The position numbers and the translations under genes were made by a program. The notes under the pieces are model-generated. The model was not told the origin of the DNA. It did no database searches and worked only from the letters and a program-made list of their open reading frames with translations. This document shows positions 28,975 through 40,648 of a stretch of DNA of 64,000 nucleotides, in pieces; position 1 is the stretch's first letter; every line of letters begins with the position of its first letter. The DNA is from Nitrospirota bacterium (GTDB lineage Bacteria; Nitrospirota; UBA9217), in assembly GCA_035623825.1 (NCBI GenBank), contig DASPSR010000021.1, forward strand, positions 32,001 through 96,000, given 5' to 3'.

Positions 28975-29550
28975 ATGAAGGAACATGGCGATCCGGAGAA
29001 TCCTGAGAACATGGGCGAGCCCATGTCGTCTATCCCTGCCGAACAAGTAGGACCTGCTGATTATCTGCGGGCGGTGAAAGCCCATCTCAGGAACGGCAAG
29101 CAGAAAGATGCATTCAGCTTACTGTTGCAAGCCGCTGTGCAATTTCCAGACGAACCCCTTATCCTTTCCTATTATGGTTGTCTCCAGGCGCTTGTAGACA
29201 AAAAGTACCGGAGCGGCGTTGAAACCTGCAAGAGGGCCATTGCTCTGTTTAAGGGGAAAAAGTCTTTTGGCGTTGATGTTCTCTATCCAGTCTTCTATCT
29301 CAATCTCGGCAGGGCATACCTTGCCGCGGGAAAGAAAAAGGACGCAATCGAAGCTTTTCATAAAGGGTTAAAGTATGATAACGGCAATAATGACCTCCGT
29401 AAGGAATTACGGGGACTGGGGATAAGGAAAAACCCCCCGGTGCCGTTTCTCGACCGGTCGAATCCGATCAATAAATACATAGGCATGATCCTTCGGAAAA
29501 CAAGTAAGGAGCCCGGAAAAGACAGGGGAAAAGGGACGAGGGGAAGGTAA
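28975..29550 (+). CDS. TPR protein
   Basis: YLNLGRAYLAAG...AI..F..GL..D TPR; C-terminal PFL.RSNP.NKY.G. Confidence 0.8.
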   Translation: MKEHGDPENPENMGEPMSSIPAEQVGPADYLRAVKAHLRNGKQKDAFSLLLQAAVQFPDEPLILSYYGCLQALVDKKYRSGVETCKRAIALFKGKKSFGVDVLYPVFYLNLGRAYLAAGKKKDAIEAFHKGLKYDNGNNDLRKELRGLGIRKNPPVPFLDRSNPINKYIGMILRKTSKEPGKDRGKGTRGR

Positions 29551-29692
29551 TGCCGGGTGAAGCAAATGGTGGTCGGTCAGAGTTGTACGGGATAAAGCCA
29601 GTTCTGTTTCGCTATCCTTGGGCTCCTCGTGGGAAATACTACTTCACATCATCTGCATATCTGCGAGAAATACTTCTTTTTCACGTCATGCA

Positions 29693-30901
29693 TCAACTCT
29701 TATCCAGCGCCTGCTTCAGGTCGGCAATCAGGTCTTCTATGTCCTCCAGACCCAGGGCGAGCCTGACCAGATTGTCCACCATGCCGATTTTTTTGCGGTA
29801 GTCCTCGGGATAATCGAAGAACGACATCATCCACATCTGAGTCACCAGGCTTTCGCTCCCGCCGAGGCTTGGCGTGATAAGAAAAAGATCCAGTGAATCG
29901 ATGAACCTCCGTGTCGCCGCGTCGTCGCCCTTGAGCAGAAAGGTGACCACGCTGCCGAACCCTTTCATTTGCTCCTTCGCGATTTTGTGGTCTGGATGCG
30001 ACTCCAGTCCTGGGTACCATACCTTTTCTATCCTTGGGTGTGACTCAAGCATCCGTGCGACGGCGAGGCCGGCCTTGTTGTGGTGCTCCATCCTCAGGCC
30101 GAAGGTCTTGAGTCCGCGTTCGAGCAGGAAAGATGACAGAGGGCCCGGTGTAGCGCCGATCATGCGCTGCATGCGGTAAACGTCGTTCATGAGCTTGTCA
30201 GAACCGAGGGCGACGCCGGCCAGTAGGTCATTGTGGCCACCCAGGTATTTCGTGGCCGAATGGATCACTACGTCCACCCCTAGGTCCAGCGGCCGGATGT
30301 TGTAGGCCGTGGCGAGCGTTGCATCGATGATGGTCATGACCCGGTGCTGCTTCGCGACCTTCACGACCGCTGGGAGATCCAGGCAGCGAAGGTAGGGATT
30401 GGTCGGTGATTCTGTGAAGATGATGTTCGTGTTGGGGCGGATCGCCTTTTCGATCGCCTCGGACGTGGGGTCCACCATCGAGACCTGGATGCCGAACTCG
30501 GCAAGCAGGTTAGCAGCAAAGTCGCGGGTCTGGCGGTAGCAGTCGCTCGTGAAAATGATGTGCCCATCGCGGCGCATAAAGGTCATGAGCGTCAGAATCA
30601 CTGCTGCCATGCCCGTGGAGAAGAGCACGGCCCGTTCGGCGTTCTCAACAGCTGCCAATTTGCGCTCGCACTCTTGCTGTGTCGGGTTGCCGTAGCGCCC
30701 GTATTCATGTTCGCGTATCACCCTCCCCTCACTCTTGGACTTCATGAAGTCATAGACTTCCTGGGTGTTGTTAAAATAATAGTTCGAGGTGTGCACGATC
30801 GGTGTGGATACCGAATAATGTGCATGGGAAACGCGGTCCAAGCCGTGAATACCAAGGGTGGCTGGGTTCCATTTTTTGGGACTAGACTGTTTTTTTGCCA
30901 T
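29693..30901 (-). CDS. metB: cystathionine gamma-synthase (plant-type-like)
   Basis: [35 protein letters not shown]; overlaps the thrC 3' end. Confidence 0.8.
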   Translation of the reverse strand: MAKKQSSPKKWNPATLGIHGLDRVSHAHYSVSTPIVHTSNYYFNNTQEVYDFMKSKSEGRVIREHEYGRYGNPTQQECERKLAAVENAERAVLFSTGMAAVILTLMTFMRRDGHIIFTSDCYRQTRDFAANLLAEFGIQVSMVDPTSEAIEKAIRPNTNIIFTESPTNPYLRCLDLPAVVKVAKQHRVMTIIDATLATAYNIRPLDLGVDVVIHSATKYLGGHNDLLAGVALGSDKLMNDVYRMQRMIGATPGPLSSFLLERGLKTFGLRMEHHNKAGLAVARMLESHPRIEKVWYPGLESHPDHKIAKEQMKGFGSVVTFLLKGDDAATRRFIDSLDLFLITPSLGGSESLVTQMWMMSFFDYPEDYRKKIGMVDNLVRLALGLEDIEDLIADLKQALDKS

Positions 30902-32240
30902 TCGTCTCATTCCTCTTCTGCAAGGCCTGCCGCAGGGCTTCTTTGACCGCGTCAACGCTCGGTGGCAGTTCAATGGGTTTATTAGCAAACCGGCACGGGA
31001 AGTCAAGCTTCTCCTCGTGATAGCTGACCTTGAAATCGGTGAACTTCAAGCCATGGGCTGTAGAGATGACAACGACGTGCTCGGACTTGTCGATTTGACC
31101 GGCCTTGAGCAGTTTGATCATGCCTGCCAGCGCAACGCCGGTATGGGGACAGTTGAACATCCCGGTTGTGTCACCGAGTGCCGCAGCATCAGCCAACTCC
31201 TGCTCGGTGGCATCCACGACGATGCCGCTGAATTGTTTCAGTGTCCGGATCGCCTTTTCGATACTCACGGGGTTGCCAATCTGGATAGCGCTGGCCAGCG
31301 TCTTTCGGGCCTCGATGGGCTCGAAGGTCTCAAAGCGCTTGAGATAGGAGCGGTAGAGCGGATTAGCACGCTCGGCCTGGGCCACGACTATCCTCGGCAA
31401 AGTGGCAATCAATCCGAGATCGCGCATCATGAGCAGCCCGCTACCCAGCGCGGATACGTTCCCTAGATTGCCGCCGGGGATAATGATCACGTCGGGGGTT
31501 TCCCAGTCGAATTGTTGGACGATCTCGATGCCCACGGTCTTCTGGCCCTCGATGCGGAGCGAGTTCATTGAATTGGCAAGATAGATCGTTTCGTCTTGGG
31601 TAATCTCCCGCACGACGCGCATGCAGCCGTCGAAGTCCGTGTCGAGGGAGAGGACCAGCGCTCCATTAGCGATGGGCTGGACGAGCTGGGCAATCGAAAT
31701 CTTGCCCTTGGGCAAGAGCACGATAGACTGGATGCCTGCAGCGGCACAGTATACCGCTAGCGCGGCCGACGTGTCTCCTGTCGAAGCGCAGGCGACGGCC
31801 TGAATAGGCGCGCCTTCGCTGATCATCTGCTTGACCTGCGACACAAGCACGGTCATGCCGAGGTCCTTGAATGAACCGCTGTGGGAGTTGCCGCAGAGCT
31901 TGATCCAGAGGTTGTCCAGACCGATCATCTTGCCGAACCGCTCTGCCCAGAACAGGTTGGTCCCGCCTTCGTACAGCGAGACGATGTTTTCGTTGTCGAT
32001 CTGCGGCAGGACCCATTCCTTTTTGCCCCAGACGCCTGAGCCGTACGGCCACTGGGTAGACTTGTAGCGATCCTCGAACAGTTTCATCCACGCCTTGGCA
32101 TCGCGGCGGGCCAGGGCGTGCACGTCGTGATGCACTTCCAGCAGCGAATCGCACGTTTTGCAGCGGTAGATGATCGTGCTGAGCGGATAGCGCTCTTTGC
32201 ACTGCTCATTGATACACTGAAACCAGGCTCGATATGGCAT
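30882..32240 (-). CDS. thrC: threonine synthase (plant-type-like)
   Basis: [37 protein letters not shown]. Confidence 0.93.
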   Translation of the reverse strand: MPYRAWFQCINEQCKERYPLSTIIYRCKTCDSLLEVHHDVHALARRDAKAWMKLFEDRYKSTQWPYGSGVWGKKEWVLPQIDNENIVSLYEGGTNLFWAERFGKMIGLDNLWIKLCGNSHSGSFKDLGMTVLVSQVKQMISEGAPIQAVACASTGDTSAALAVYCAAAGIQSIVLLPKGKISIAQLVQPIANGALVLSLDTDFDGCMRVVREITQDETIYLANSMNSLRIEGQKTVGIEIVQQFDWETPDVIIIPGGNLGNVSALGSGLLMMRDLGLIATLPRIVVAQAERANPLYRSYLKRFETFEPIEARKTLASAIQIGNPVSIEKAIRTLKQFSGIVVDATEQELADAAALGDTTGMFNCPHTGVALAGMIKLLKAGQIDKSEHVVVISTAHGLKFTDFKVSYHEEKLDFPCRFANKPIELPPSVDAVKEALRQALQKRNETNGKKTV

Positions 32241-32512
32241 AGGCTCCACCCTCGGGTATTCGTATGCCGACAGGTTACCCAAAAGCCGGCTTGCGCGTGA
32301 GGTTTTTTATGATGCAGGTCCGCGAATGACCGTTGCTCCTCAGGCACCGGAGAATATATCATAATGACCGGCCAATAATCAATGCAAAATTGATGGTCCT
32401 ACGGTCTTGGCGGCGTCAGGCTGCCGGCCGATTTGTCTGCCTGCGGATATGCGATCATGAAAATTACCGGTACGATCCGCTCAAGGCTGGAATACATGAT
32501 AGAATTATCGGT

Positions 32513-35437
32513 ATGGACAGAAATGTCGATTTAGAGGAAAAAATACGAAAAACGAGTCGTGAGATTTTCTCCGCAATACGCGGCACGCCACTGCTCTTCG
32601 ACACCAAGCGTTGGATCGGCCGTATCATGGCATGGTCGATGAAAAATGAGGACTTCAAAATCAGGCTTTTCCGCCTTATCGATGTTCTGCCCTCGCTGAA
32701 GACCGACGACCTCGTCGTCAGGCTGCTGAACGAGTATTTTGCCGGCGAGACGGCTCTACCGAAGATCATAAGCGGCGGTATAAAGAGAATTCCAAGGGAT
32801 GGCATTGTTCCACGTGTTGCAGGGCGAGTGATCAGGAGAAGCGTAGAATCAATTGCCCGCCAATTTATCGCCGCCAACCGTGTCGATGATATCTTGAGAG
32901 CACTCGGCGATCTAAGAGCAGATGGCACCGAGTTCAGCATCGATCTTCTTGGAGAGGTCGTGGTGAGCGAAAAAGAGGCCCGGTCGCACGCCGAAGAGTA
33001 CCGCGCTCTTCTCGATTTTCTGCACAAACAGTTCCCCAAAGAGGCCGGTCCGGATGTTTCGATCAAGGTCTCTTCCTTTTATTCTCAGATCGACCCTGTT
33101 GATTGGGAAGGCTCGGTAGAAAGGACCAAAGATAACCTGCGACCGCTACTCCGACAGGCAAAGGATCAGAAGATATCGGTCACCTTTGACATGGAGCACC
33201 ATCATTACAAGGACCTCGTTATCGCGGTCTTTAAAAGCATCCTCGAAGAAGAGGAATTCAGTGCGCTTCCGTTTGCGGGCATCGCGCTCCAGGCCTATTT
33301 GAAGGAAACTGGCAAGGATATCCTGGGTTTGATTCGGTGGGCACGGGGGCGGGGTAGGAAGATAAGAGTCCGCCTCGTGAAGGGCGCCTACTGGGATTAT
33401 GAGGTCGTCGCAAACCGCCAGAAGGGGTGGCCCGTGCCTGTCTTTCTAAACAAGGACGAAACGGACTGGTCCTTTGAACGGCATACGAGGCTGCTCCTTG
33501 AAAACAGCGATATTATCCGCCCAGCCATCGCGACCCATAATGTCAGAAGCATGTGTCATGCGATTGCCCTTGCCGATTCTTTGAATATCTCCAGACAGGA
33601 GTTCGAATTCCAGATGCTCTACGGCATGGCTGAGCCTATCCGGAAGGCCCTGCGTGAAAGGGGGTTCTCTGTGCGTGTATATACGCCGCTGGGGGAATTG
33701 ATCCCCGGGATGGCCTATCTCGTGAGAAGGCTTCTCGAAAATACGTCTAACGAATCTTTTCTGAGAAAATCCTTCGGCGAGGGGGCATCCTTTGATGATC
33801 TAATGCAGGCACCACGGGTGCATGAGGTGGTCTCCGGGGAAGGGACGTCCGACGGCGGCTTCAGAAACGAGCCACTTCTTGATTTTTCGAGCGCCCTGAA
33901 CAGGAAGGGCATGGCAGATGCGCTTGGGCAAACAAGAAAAAGTATGAACGGGAAATATCCGCTGTGCATCGGCGACCGCGAGGTCTCGACAGATAACGTA
34001 ATACTGTCGGTCAATCCGGCCCGACCGCGTGAAGTGGTCGGAAGGGTATCGTCTGCCACAGAACAGGAAGCTGACGAAGCCATAGCGGAAGCGCTTAAGG
34101 CCCGCGAGTCCTGGCGAAAGACCGACCCAAAAAAGAGGGCAACCTACCTCTTCAGGGCTGCCGAGGCGATGAGGAAGAAACGAATTGAGCTTGCGGCGCT
34201 CGAAATCACCGAGGTTGGGAAGACGTGGAAGGACGCTGACGGTGATGTTACCGAAGCGATCGATTATCTTGAATATTACGGCCGCGAGATGCTGCGGCTC
34301 GGCAATCCAAGAACCCTTGGAGATTATCCGGGCGAGGAGAACGAATATGGATATCAGCCGAAAGGGGTCGGCGTCGTCATCTCGCCGTGGAATTTTCCGC
34401 TGGCCATAGCGACGGGAATGACCTCCGCGGCGATCGTGACCGGGAACTGCGTCATCTTCAAGCCCTCGGGCCTCTCTCCGATCATGGGCTATAAACTCTG
34501 CGAGACATTCAGGTCCGTCAGCCTCCCGACCGGCGTGCTTCAGTTCCTTCCGGGACCGGGCAGCGAAGTTGGAGAATATCTTGTTTCCCATCCAAAAATA
34601 GATTTCATAGCCTATACCGGTTCAAAGGATGTGGGCCTCAGAATCGTTCAGATTGCAGGCGAGACTGTGAAGGGCCAGCGGAATTTAAAAAAAGTGATCG
34701 CCGAAATGGGCGGCAAGAACGCGATCATTGTAGACGAAACAGCCGATCTTGATGAAGCGGTGAAGGGAATCCTCGAGTCGGCCTTTGGTTTTCAGGGGCA
34801 AAAGTGCTCGGCTTGCTCACGAGTGATCGTTATAGGCGATATATGCTCTGAACTCTGTGAACGGCTCACCGAGGCTACCTTGAGCATGCGGATTGGCGAG
34901 CCCGAGGAACCCGGCAGCGTGCTGGGACCGGTCATTGATGAGGCGGCTGTGAAGAAGATCACTGCCTATGTCGAGATCGGCAAGAAGGAGGGGAAGGCGA
35001 TCGTAGAGAGGAAGGTTCCGGAGGCCGGATACTTTGTCGGACCTGTCATACTGATTGATACAAAGCCCGAATCTCGCGTTGCCACGGAGGAGATATTTGG
35101 GCCAGTGCTCTCGATCATGAGGGCAAAGGATATTGATGGGGCTATACGATTGGCAAATGATAGCCAGTACGCTTTAACAGGGGGACTCTTCTCGCGCAGC
35201 CCCGCGAATATTGAAAAAGTAAAAAAAGAATTCCTGGCAGGCAACCTTTATATCAACAGGAAAATAACCGGAGCGCTCGTCGGCAGGCAGCCCTTTGGCG
35301 GATTCGGCATGTCGGGAGTTGGCTCCAAGGCCGGCGGGCCCGATTATCTTCTTCAGTTCATGAACCCAGTCTCTATCAGTGAAAATACGATCAGGAGGGG
35401 GTTCGCGCCCATCCGGAAAGGAGGAAGGCAAGACTGA
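32513..35437 (+). CDS. putA: bifunctional proline dehydrogenase / P5C dehydrogenase
   Basis: RLVKGAYW, ATHN, YLVRRLLEN (PRODH); ISPWNFPLAI, AEMGGKN, GQKCSA, EEIFGPV (ALDH). Confidence 0.95.
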   Translation: MDRNVDLEEKIRKTSREIFSAIRGTPLLFDTKRWIGRIMAWSMKNEDFKIRLFRLIDVLPSLKTDDLVVRLLNEYFAGETALPKIISGGIKRIPRDGIVPRVAGRVIRRSVESIARQFIAANRVDDILRALGDLRADGTEFSIDLLGEVVVSEKEARSHAEEYRALLDFLHKQFPKEAGPDVSIKVSSFYSQIDPVDWEGSVERTKDNLRPLLRQAKDQKISVTFDMEHHHYKDLVIAVFKSILEEEEFSALPFAGIALQAYLKETGKDILGLIRWARGRGRKIRVRLVKGAYWDYEVVANRQKGWPVPVFLNKDETDWSFERHTRLLLENSDIIRPAIATHNVRSMCHAIALADSLNISRQEFEFQMLYGMAEPIRKALRERGFSVRVYTPLGELIPGMAYLVRRLLENTSNESFLRKSFGEGASFDDLMQAPRVHEVVSGEGTSDGGFRNEPLLDFSSALNRKGMADALGQTRKSMNGKYPLCIGDREVSTDNVILSVNPARPREVVGRVSSATEQEADEAIAEALKARESWRKTDPKKRATYLFRAAEAMRKKRIELAALEITEVGKTWKDADGDVTEAIDYLEYYGREMLRLGNPRTLGDYPGEENEYGYQPKGVGVVISPWNFPLAIATGMTSAAIVTGNCVIFKPSGLSPIMGYKLCETFRSVSLPTGVLQFLPGPGSEVGEYLVSHPKIDFIAYTGSKDVGLRIVQIAGETVKGQRNLKKVIAEMGGKNAIIVDETADLDEAVKGILESAFGFQGQKCSACSRVIVIGDICSELCERLTEATLSMRIGEPEEPGSVLGPVIDEAAVKKITAYVEIGKKEGKAIVERKVPEAGYFVGPVILIDTKPESRVATEEIFGPVLSIMRAKDIDGAIRLANDSQYALTGGLFSRSPANIEKVKKEFLAGNLYINRKITGALVGRQPFGGFGMSGVGSKAGGPDYLLQFMNPVSISENTIRRGFAPIRKGGRQD

Positions 35438-35645
35438 AACTGACACTCCCTATTTAGTTCTTGTGCATTCTCATTCCCCCAAAAAGGCCGGCGATGCTGG
35501 GCCTGTTCCGGCAGCTCCGACTTTTATGTCCCGTGCTCCTTTGGCCGTGCTCTCTCTCCCGTCCCTTCTCTATGAGGTTGCTCAATCCCGCGGCCGTCGT
35601 ATTATTCATTGACTGCCTCCTTGTTACAGCCTGGCTGACAGCCTG

Positions 35646-36221
35646 TCAACGCTTCAGCTTCTCCCGGTATTTGGCGCCATCCTTCCATGCATTGCCGACC
35701 TGTTCTCCGACTGCCCAGAAACGGTTGTCTGGCATGGTCAAGAGAAAGGGCCTGATTTTCCTCACATCAGGCTTGCCGCCCGTAAGGTACTGCTCCTCGG
35801 TGTAAATGGCGAGGACCTCTCCAATGAAGAAGGTGTTGGTGGGCAGGTCCACGGTCTGGACAACCCTGCACTCCATATTGAGCGGGCATGATGTTATGAG
35901 GGGCGCCGCCTTCAGTTCTCCATAAAAAACATCGAACAGCTTTGATTTGTCCTCTCGCTTGGCAGAGGCAATGCCGCAGTAATCGGTCACCTCGACCATA
36001 TCCACTGTCGGTACGTTCACGCTGAACTGGCCTGTTTCGCGGATGGCCTGGTTGGTAGCATGCCCGTTGCCGACGCAGATGCCGAGCATGGCCGGATCGA
36101 AGTTCACGCGGGTCAGCCAGTCAAGGGCCATGAAATTGACCTTGCCCCGGACATGAGTCCCCAGAAGCGTCTGCGTCCAAGGTAGACAGAACAGATTCTT
36201 CTCAACAGGAATTTTACTCAT
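35646..36221 (-). CDS. flavin reductase family (flavoredoxin-like) protein
   Basis: FSVNVP.......DYCG..S....K, APLI..CP..MEC.V, F.GEV. Confidence 0.88.
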   Translation of the reverse strand: MSKIPVEKNLFCLPWTQTLLGTHVRGKVNFMALDWLTRVNFDPAMLGICVGNGHATNQAIRETGQFSVNVPTVDMVEVTDYCGIASAKREDKSKLFDVFYGELKAAPLITSCPLNMECRVVQTVDLPTNTFFIGEVLAIYTEEQYLTGGKPDVRKIRPFLLTMPDNRFWAVGEQVGNAWKDGAKYREKLKR

Positions 36222-37074
36222 TCTAGTCCTCCTAGTTGCAGAATATTTTTTAAGTACTCGTAAATCTTCCGACGATATTGAGCAATATTGCCACAGCGAG
36301 CATTGAAAGCAAAATCTGGTCCCGATTGCCTCGAGGCTAATTCTTGCTGCTTACCGTAAGCACTGTCTTAAGGGTGGCAGTCTGTACCGGATTGAGTCGC
36401 AACGGGATGAAGATTATTTGACTATGAAAGCTGGAGACGTCTGACATCTGCCTTGGAATGAGCAATTGTCATGACGCGGCAATATCCGACACTTGCATTA
36501 CTGTCTTCGCGAAAGCAATGATAGTTTACAGTGATTATAGCAAAATTCTTTAAGCACTAGTAAAGCTTGAATGCATTTCGCCCCGCGCAACTGCTCGCAG
36601 CCTTTCCCCCATGAATGGCCGACGAGAACTCTTCACGCCGGCCTTCATTTCTTCTGCGCTATCCGCCGAGATAACCGCCGCGAGACACGCACGGGTCCTA
36701 CGGTTGAAAGAGTATGAGACACAGGTTTCACCGCCGTTGTAATAAAAGATTTCAACCTGTCTAAAGGCCCAGGATTGCCCTGTAACACCGCGGATATCAA
36801 TTTGGATGAACCACTAATTTCCTAAAGATTACCGTAGATAATGCCGAATAGATGTGAGGCAGAGAGTAACTGTCGCCATATACGAAGGCCCGCGTTGTCT
36901 TGTGGTTGAGAAGGTCGCAGATAGTTGGTGTAGGTACTGCGGATCTTGCTCGAAAAGGGTTGAAAAATTTAAATAATATATGTAAATAATTTCCCACAAA
37001 AAATTCAGAGTATTTAATTGTGTCGGTTAGGCATCTTTGCGTGGTGTTGCATGAATGGTCGTTAAGAGAATGCC

Positions 37075-38454
37075 ATGTTCACCAAATTTAAAAGCGTAAA
37101 ATTCAAAATTGCCGGCATAGTGCTATTCTTGCTCGTTATCTCCGCCCTTGCTTTCTACACCATTACACTCGCGATAATGAACCGGTATATCCTCAATGAG
37201 GTTCTCAAAAGATCGGAAGCCCTTTCGAAAAGCATTGCGGCATCCTCAGGTTACAGTCTACTTTCGAAGGACTTCCTCGGTCTTGACAATATGGTTTTCA
37301 AGATGCGTGAGTCAAATCAAGACGTAGAGTCCATAGCAATCGTAGGTCCTGATATGAAAGTCGTGGCGCACAGCGATATAGCCAAGGCCGGAAAGTTCCT
37401 GTCGCCCTCTCAGGGGCGCTTGCTCCAGCAAGGCGCTGATGGCACTATCATAACAGACTCAACGAGTCCGTCAGTCGAATGTTTCGAAATCATAAGCCCC
37501 ATTGTCTCATTCAATAAACGGCAGGGTTCCGTAATTCTCAACGTGAACAAGTCAGCGCTGCACGACGCCCAGCACGCAGCCCGAAAGAGGATTATGACTT
37601 TTTTTGCTGTAATTCTCATGCTGGGCATTGCAGGCAGCATTGCCCTTTCGTCGTTCTTGACAAAGCCGATTGAGGAGCTTTCAGCAGGGGTAGATGACCT
37701 TAAGGAAGGGAAAAGGTATCGGCAGCTCAAGATCTATTCTCAGGACGAGTTCGGGAAATTGACTGCAAGCTTCAATGAAATGATGGTATTGATAGACGAT
37801 CAGAGCAGCAAGCTCAACAAATACGCCAAGGATTTGGAGGATGCCTATGTTTCCACGGTGAGGGTGCTAGCGGCGGCAATCGATGCGAGGGATCCTTATA
37901 CCCACGGGCATTCAACAAGAGTTTCCATGCTTTCTCTGCAACTCGGGAGAGAAATCGGGTTGGGCAACGAGGCGCTGGAGGAACTCGAGGTATCATGCCT
38001 GTTCCATGATATTGGAAAGATCAAAACACCGGACTCAATCCTCCGCAAAAGAGGCAAACTGAATGAATGGGAATACAAGGAAATGATGCGCCATACTGAA
38101 TACGGGGCCGACATTCTCAGTAAAGCGCCGTCACTGCAAAAATATATACCGCCAGTTAGGCACCACCACGAGTGGTTCAACGGGAAAGGCTATCCCGACA
38201 GGCTTAAGGGGGATGACATTCCTCTGTTTGCCGCCATCATTGCAATAACCGATACTTATGACGCAATGACGTCGAGCAGGCCCTATCGGAGCGCCATTTC
38301 GGAAATTGAGACGTTGGAGGAGCTCATGAAGTATGCCGGCGCGCAATTTCAACCAGACCTCGTGAAGGTCTTCACGGGGATCATGGACAAGCGGATTACT
38401 GAGGAAATGCAGGAGTCGGTTAAAAGATTATGCAGCTCCTTTCCTGTAAAATAA
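37075..38454 (+). CDS. HAMP + HD-GYP phosphodiesterase
   Basis: Two TM helices, HAMP (DEFGKL), D.YT.GHS.RV, HDIGK, HHE...GKGYP. Confidence 0.92.
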   Translation: MFTKFKSVKFKIAGIVLFLLVISALAFYTITLAIMNRYILNEVLKRSEALSKSIAASSGYSLLSKDFLGLDNMVFKMRESNQDVESIAIVGPDMKVVAHSDIAKAGKFLSPSQGRLLQQGADGTIITDSTSPSVECFEIISPIVSFNKRQGSVILNVNKSALHDAQHAARKRIMTFFAVILMLGIAGSIALSSFLTKPIEELSAGVDDLKEGKRYRQLKIYSQDEFGKLTASFNEMMVLIDDQSSKLNKYAKDLEDAYVSTVRVLAAAIDARDPYTHGHSTRVSMLSLQLGREIGLGNEALEELEVSCLFHDIGKIKTPDSILRKRGKLNEWEYKEMMRHTEYGADILSKAPSLQKYIPPVRHHHEWFNGKGYPDRLKGDDIPLFAAIIAITDTYDAMTSSRPYRSAISEIETLEELMKYAGAQFQPDLVKVFTGIMDKRITEEMQESVKRLCSSFPVK

Positions 38455-39023
38455 TATCTCTCCATGCTGTCCTGATGCTCCTGATATTTTCTTCCTGTAT
38501 GCCGCAGAAGAACTCAGGATTTGACAAAACATCGGTCGATAGAACCCGTCGGGAGGTTGACCGAATACGTCTGAAATCCGAACAGTATATTGACCAGGGC
38601 GATTATAATAGTGCGTTGGATATCTACGCCGACGCCTGCCGTAAATATTCCGATGATCAGGCCCTCTTTACGAACTACGATAAGACCAGAGTGCATATTC
38701 ACCGTATCGCCGATGAGGCTTTCAGCAGAGAGGATTTTGCATCATCAGGGCGAGCATATTATGTTTTACTGAAAAACTATTCCTATTGCCCGGAACTCTT
38801 TCAGGAACCATCGTTTGACAAGGGATTTCTTCATGATAGAGTGGAGCATTGCAGTTATAATCTATCGCAACGTGCACTGGCCGAATACAGAAAGGGTAAC
38901 CTCTCCGATGCAATTTCCATCTGGAAAAGCATACTTGAATTCGATCCGAATAATGCAGGCATTATCAAAGCCATCAATACGGCGACTATCCAGCTGAAAA
39001 ATCTTCAGCAAAAAACGGAGTGA
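38430..39023 (+). CDS. TPR-containing lipoprotein
   Basis: Lipobox-like FSSC; C-terminal AI..W..IL.FDP.N TPR. Confidence 0.7.
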   Translation: MQLLSCKIISLHAVLMLLIFSSCMPQKNSGFDKTSVDRTRREVDRIRLKSEQYIDQGDYNSALDIYADACRKYSDDQALFTNYDKTRVHIHRIADEAFSREDFASSGRAYYVLLKNYSYCPELFQEPSFDKGFLHDRVEHCSYNLSQRALAEYRKGNLSDAISIWKSILEFDPNNAGIIKAINTATIQLKNLQQKTE

Positions 39024-39157
39024 AAAAAACCACTCATTGCCCTTTCGCCGTCTTGTCATCATTGCAGACCGCAGGCTGCCGGTTGCAAAACCCCGCTGTT
39101 TGTGATACTGTAGGCCCTTCCTAACCTTACCCCAAAAGGGGAAGGTGCATCCACCTT

Positions 39158-39760
39158 ATGAATATTGTTCTCGCCACGCGAAACAAAAAAAAGATCGAAG
39201 AGATCAAACGGATCGCCTTTGACCTGCCTGTTACCATTCTTTCCCTCGATGACTACCCGAACTGCCCCGAGGTGGTGGAGGACAAAGACACCTTCGAGGG
39301 GAATGCTGTAAAAAAAGCGGTCGAAGTCTGCAGCTGTACCGTGATGCCAGCCCTTGCTGACGATTCGGGTCTGGAAGTGGACGCTCTGGGCGGCGCGCCC
39401 GGTGTGCATTCTGCCAGATATGCGGGCGGCACAGGTGGCGGGAACGATATTAGAAATTATGAAAAGCTTCTCTTCGAACTCAAAGACGTTTCAGACGAGG
39501 AAAGAAGCGCCCAATTTGTCTGTTGCATGGCCTTGGCTTTCCCGGACGGGACGGTCAAGACCTTTTTCGGCTACGCAAAAGGTCGTATCGGGCGTGAGCC
39601 CAGAGGCGCGACAGGGTTCGGCTACGATCCGGTCTTCATTCCCGAAGGCCATGAAAGAACTTTTGCGGAGATGTCCGGTGAAGAGAAGGATCGCCTCAGT
39701 CACCGTGGAAAAGCTCTTGAAAAACTGGCCGATTTCCTTCATTCGCAACCCTATTTATAA
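39158..39760 (+). CDS. rdgB: XTP/dITP diphosphatase
   Basis: [37 protein letters not shown]. Confidence 0.96.
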   Translation: MNIVLATRNKKKIEEIKRIAFDLPVTILSLDDYPNCPEVVEDKDTFEGNAVKKAVEVCSCTVMPALADDSGLEVDALGGAPGVHSARYAGGTGGGNDIRNYEKLLFELKDVSDEERSAQFVCCMALAFPDGTVKTFFGYAKGRIGREPRGATGFGYDPVFIPEGHERTFAEMSGEEKDRLSHRGKALEKLADFLHSQPYL

Positions 39761-39912
39761 ACAAAACTAATATTCAAATTATAATTTTTAACTTGAAAAA
39801 AAACTCGGTTTCAACGATTATAGCCAGGTTAAAAACTCACAAGCGTGTATTGCGCCTTTTAACATTCTCTTCTTAAAATAATAATAATCTTTTCTACGGA
39901 GGATCCATCCCG

Positions 39913-40560
39913 ATGGCCAAGAGGGTTGTGCTGCTCGGAGCGCCCGGTGCCGGCAAAGGCACGCAGGCGAAGATGCTGATTGAGAAGTACAAGATTCCGC
40001 AGATATCCACGGGGGACATCCTCAGAAAGGCAGTGGCCGACGGCACGCCGCTCGGCAAAGAGGCAAAGGTGATCATGGACCAGGGCGGGCTCGTTTCGGA
40101 CAAAATCGTGCTCGGCCTCGTGGAAGAGCGCATCAAGCAGCCCGACTGCAAGGCCGGCTTCATCCTCGACGGGTTCCCGCGCAATACGGCCCAGGCCGAG
40201 GCGCTGGACAAGATGCTCTCTGCGATGGGAGCCCCCCTTACCATAGCGCTCAACATCGACGTGGACATGAACGATCTACTCAAGCGGCTCACCGGTCGGC
40301 GGACCTGCAAGGGCTGCCAGCAGATGTACAACATCTACTTCTCGCCGCCGAAAAAAGACGGCGTGTGCGACAAGTGCGGCGGCGCGCTCTTCCAGCGCGA
40401 CGACGACAAGGAAGAGACTATCAAGAAGCGGCTCGACGTATACCAGAAACAGACCGCACCGCTCATTGATTACTACTCAAAGAAAAAGATCATGAAGACG
40501 GTCATGGGCGTGGGCAGCATCGACGAGATATTCAGAAAGGTCACCGCCGTCCTCGGGTAA
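39913..40560 (+). CDS. adk: adenylate kinase
   Basis: GAPGAGKGTQA, ISTGDILR, LDGFPR, zinc-binding lid. Confidence 0.97.
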   Translation: MAKRVVLLGAPGAGKGTQAKMLIEKYKIPQISTGDILRKAVADGTPLGKEAKVIMDQGGLVSDKIVLGLVEERIKQPDCKAGFILDGFPRNTAQAEALDKMLSAMGAPLTIALNIDVDMNDLLKRLTGRRTCKGCQQMYNIYFSPPKKDGVCDKCGGALFQRDDDKEETIKKRLDVYQKQTAPLIDYYSKKKIMKTVMGVGSIDEIFRKVTAVLG

Positions 40561-40648
40561 GCGGGGATCACCGGTTTCATCAGAAACTAGGGTTGTGGTT
40601 CAGACCACAGTGGATTATAAATTTAACATTCTTTAGGAGGAAATGATT

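Noticed and set aside
36230-37070. c-di-GMP riboswitch upstream of the HD-GYP gene
   Set aside because: No GEMM core (GGCAAA...GAAA...GCAAAGC) found by eye; an Rfam scan would settle it.
39824-39842. Possible Rex operator upstream of adk-sat
   Set aside because: Only the TCACAA half-site matches; too weak to call.
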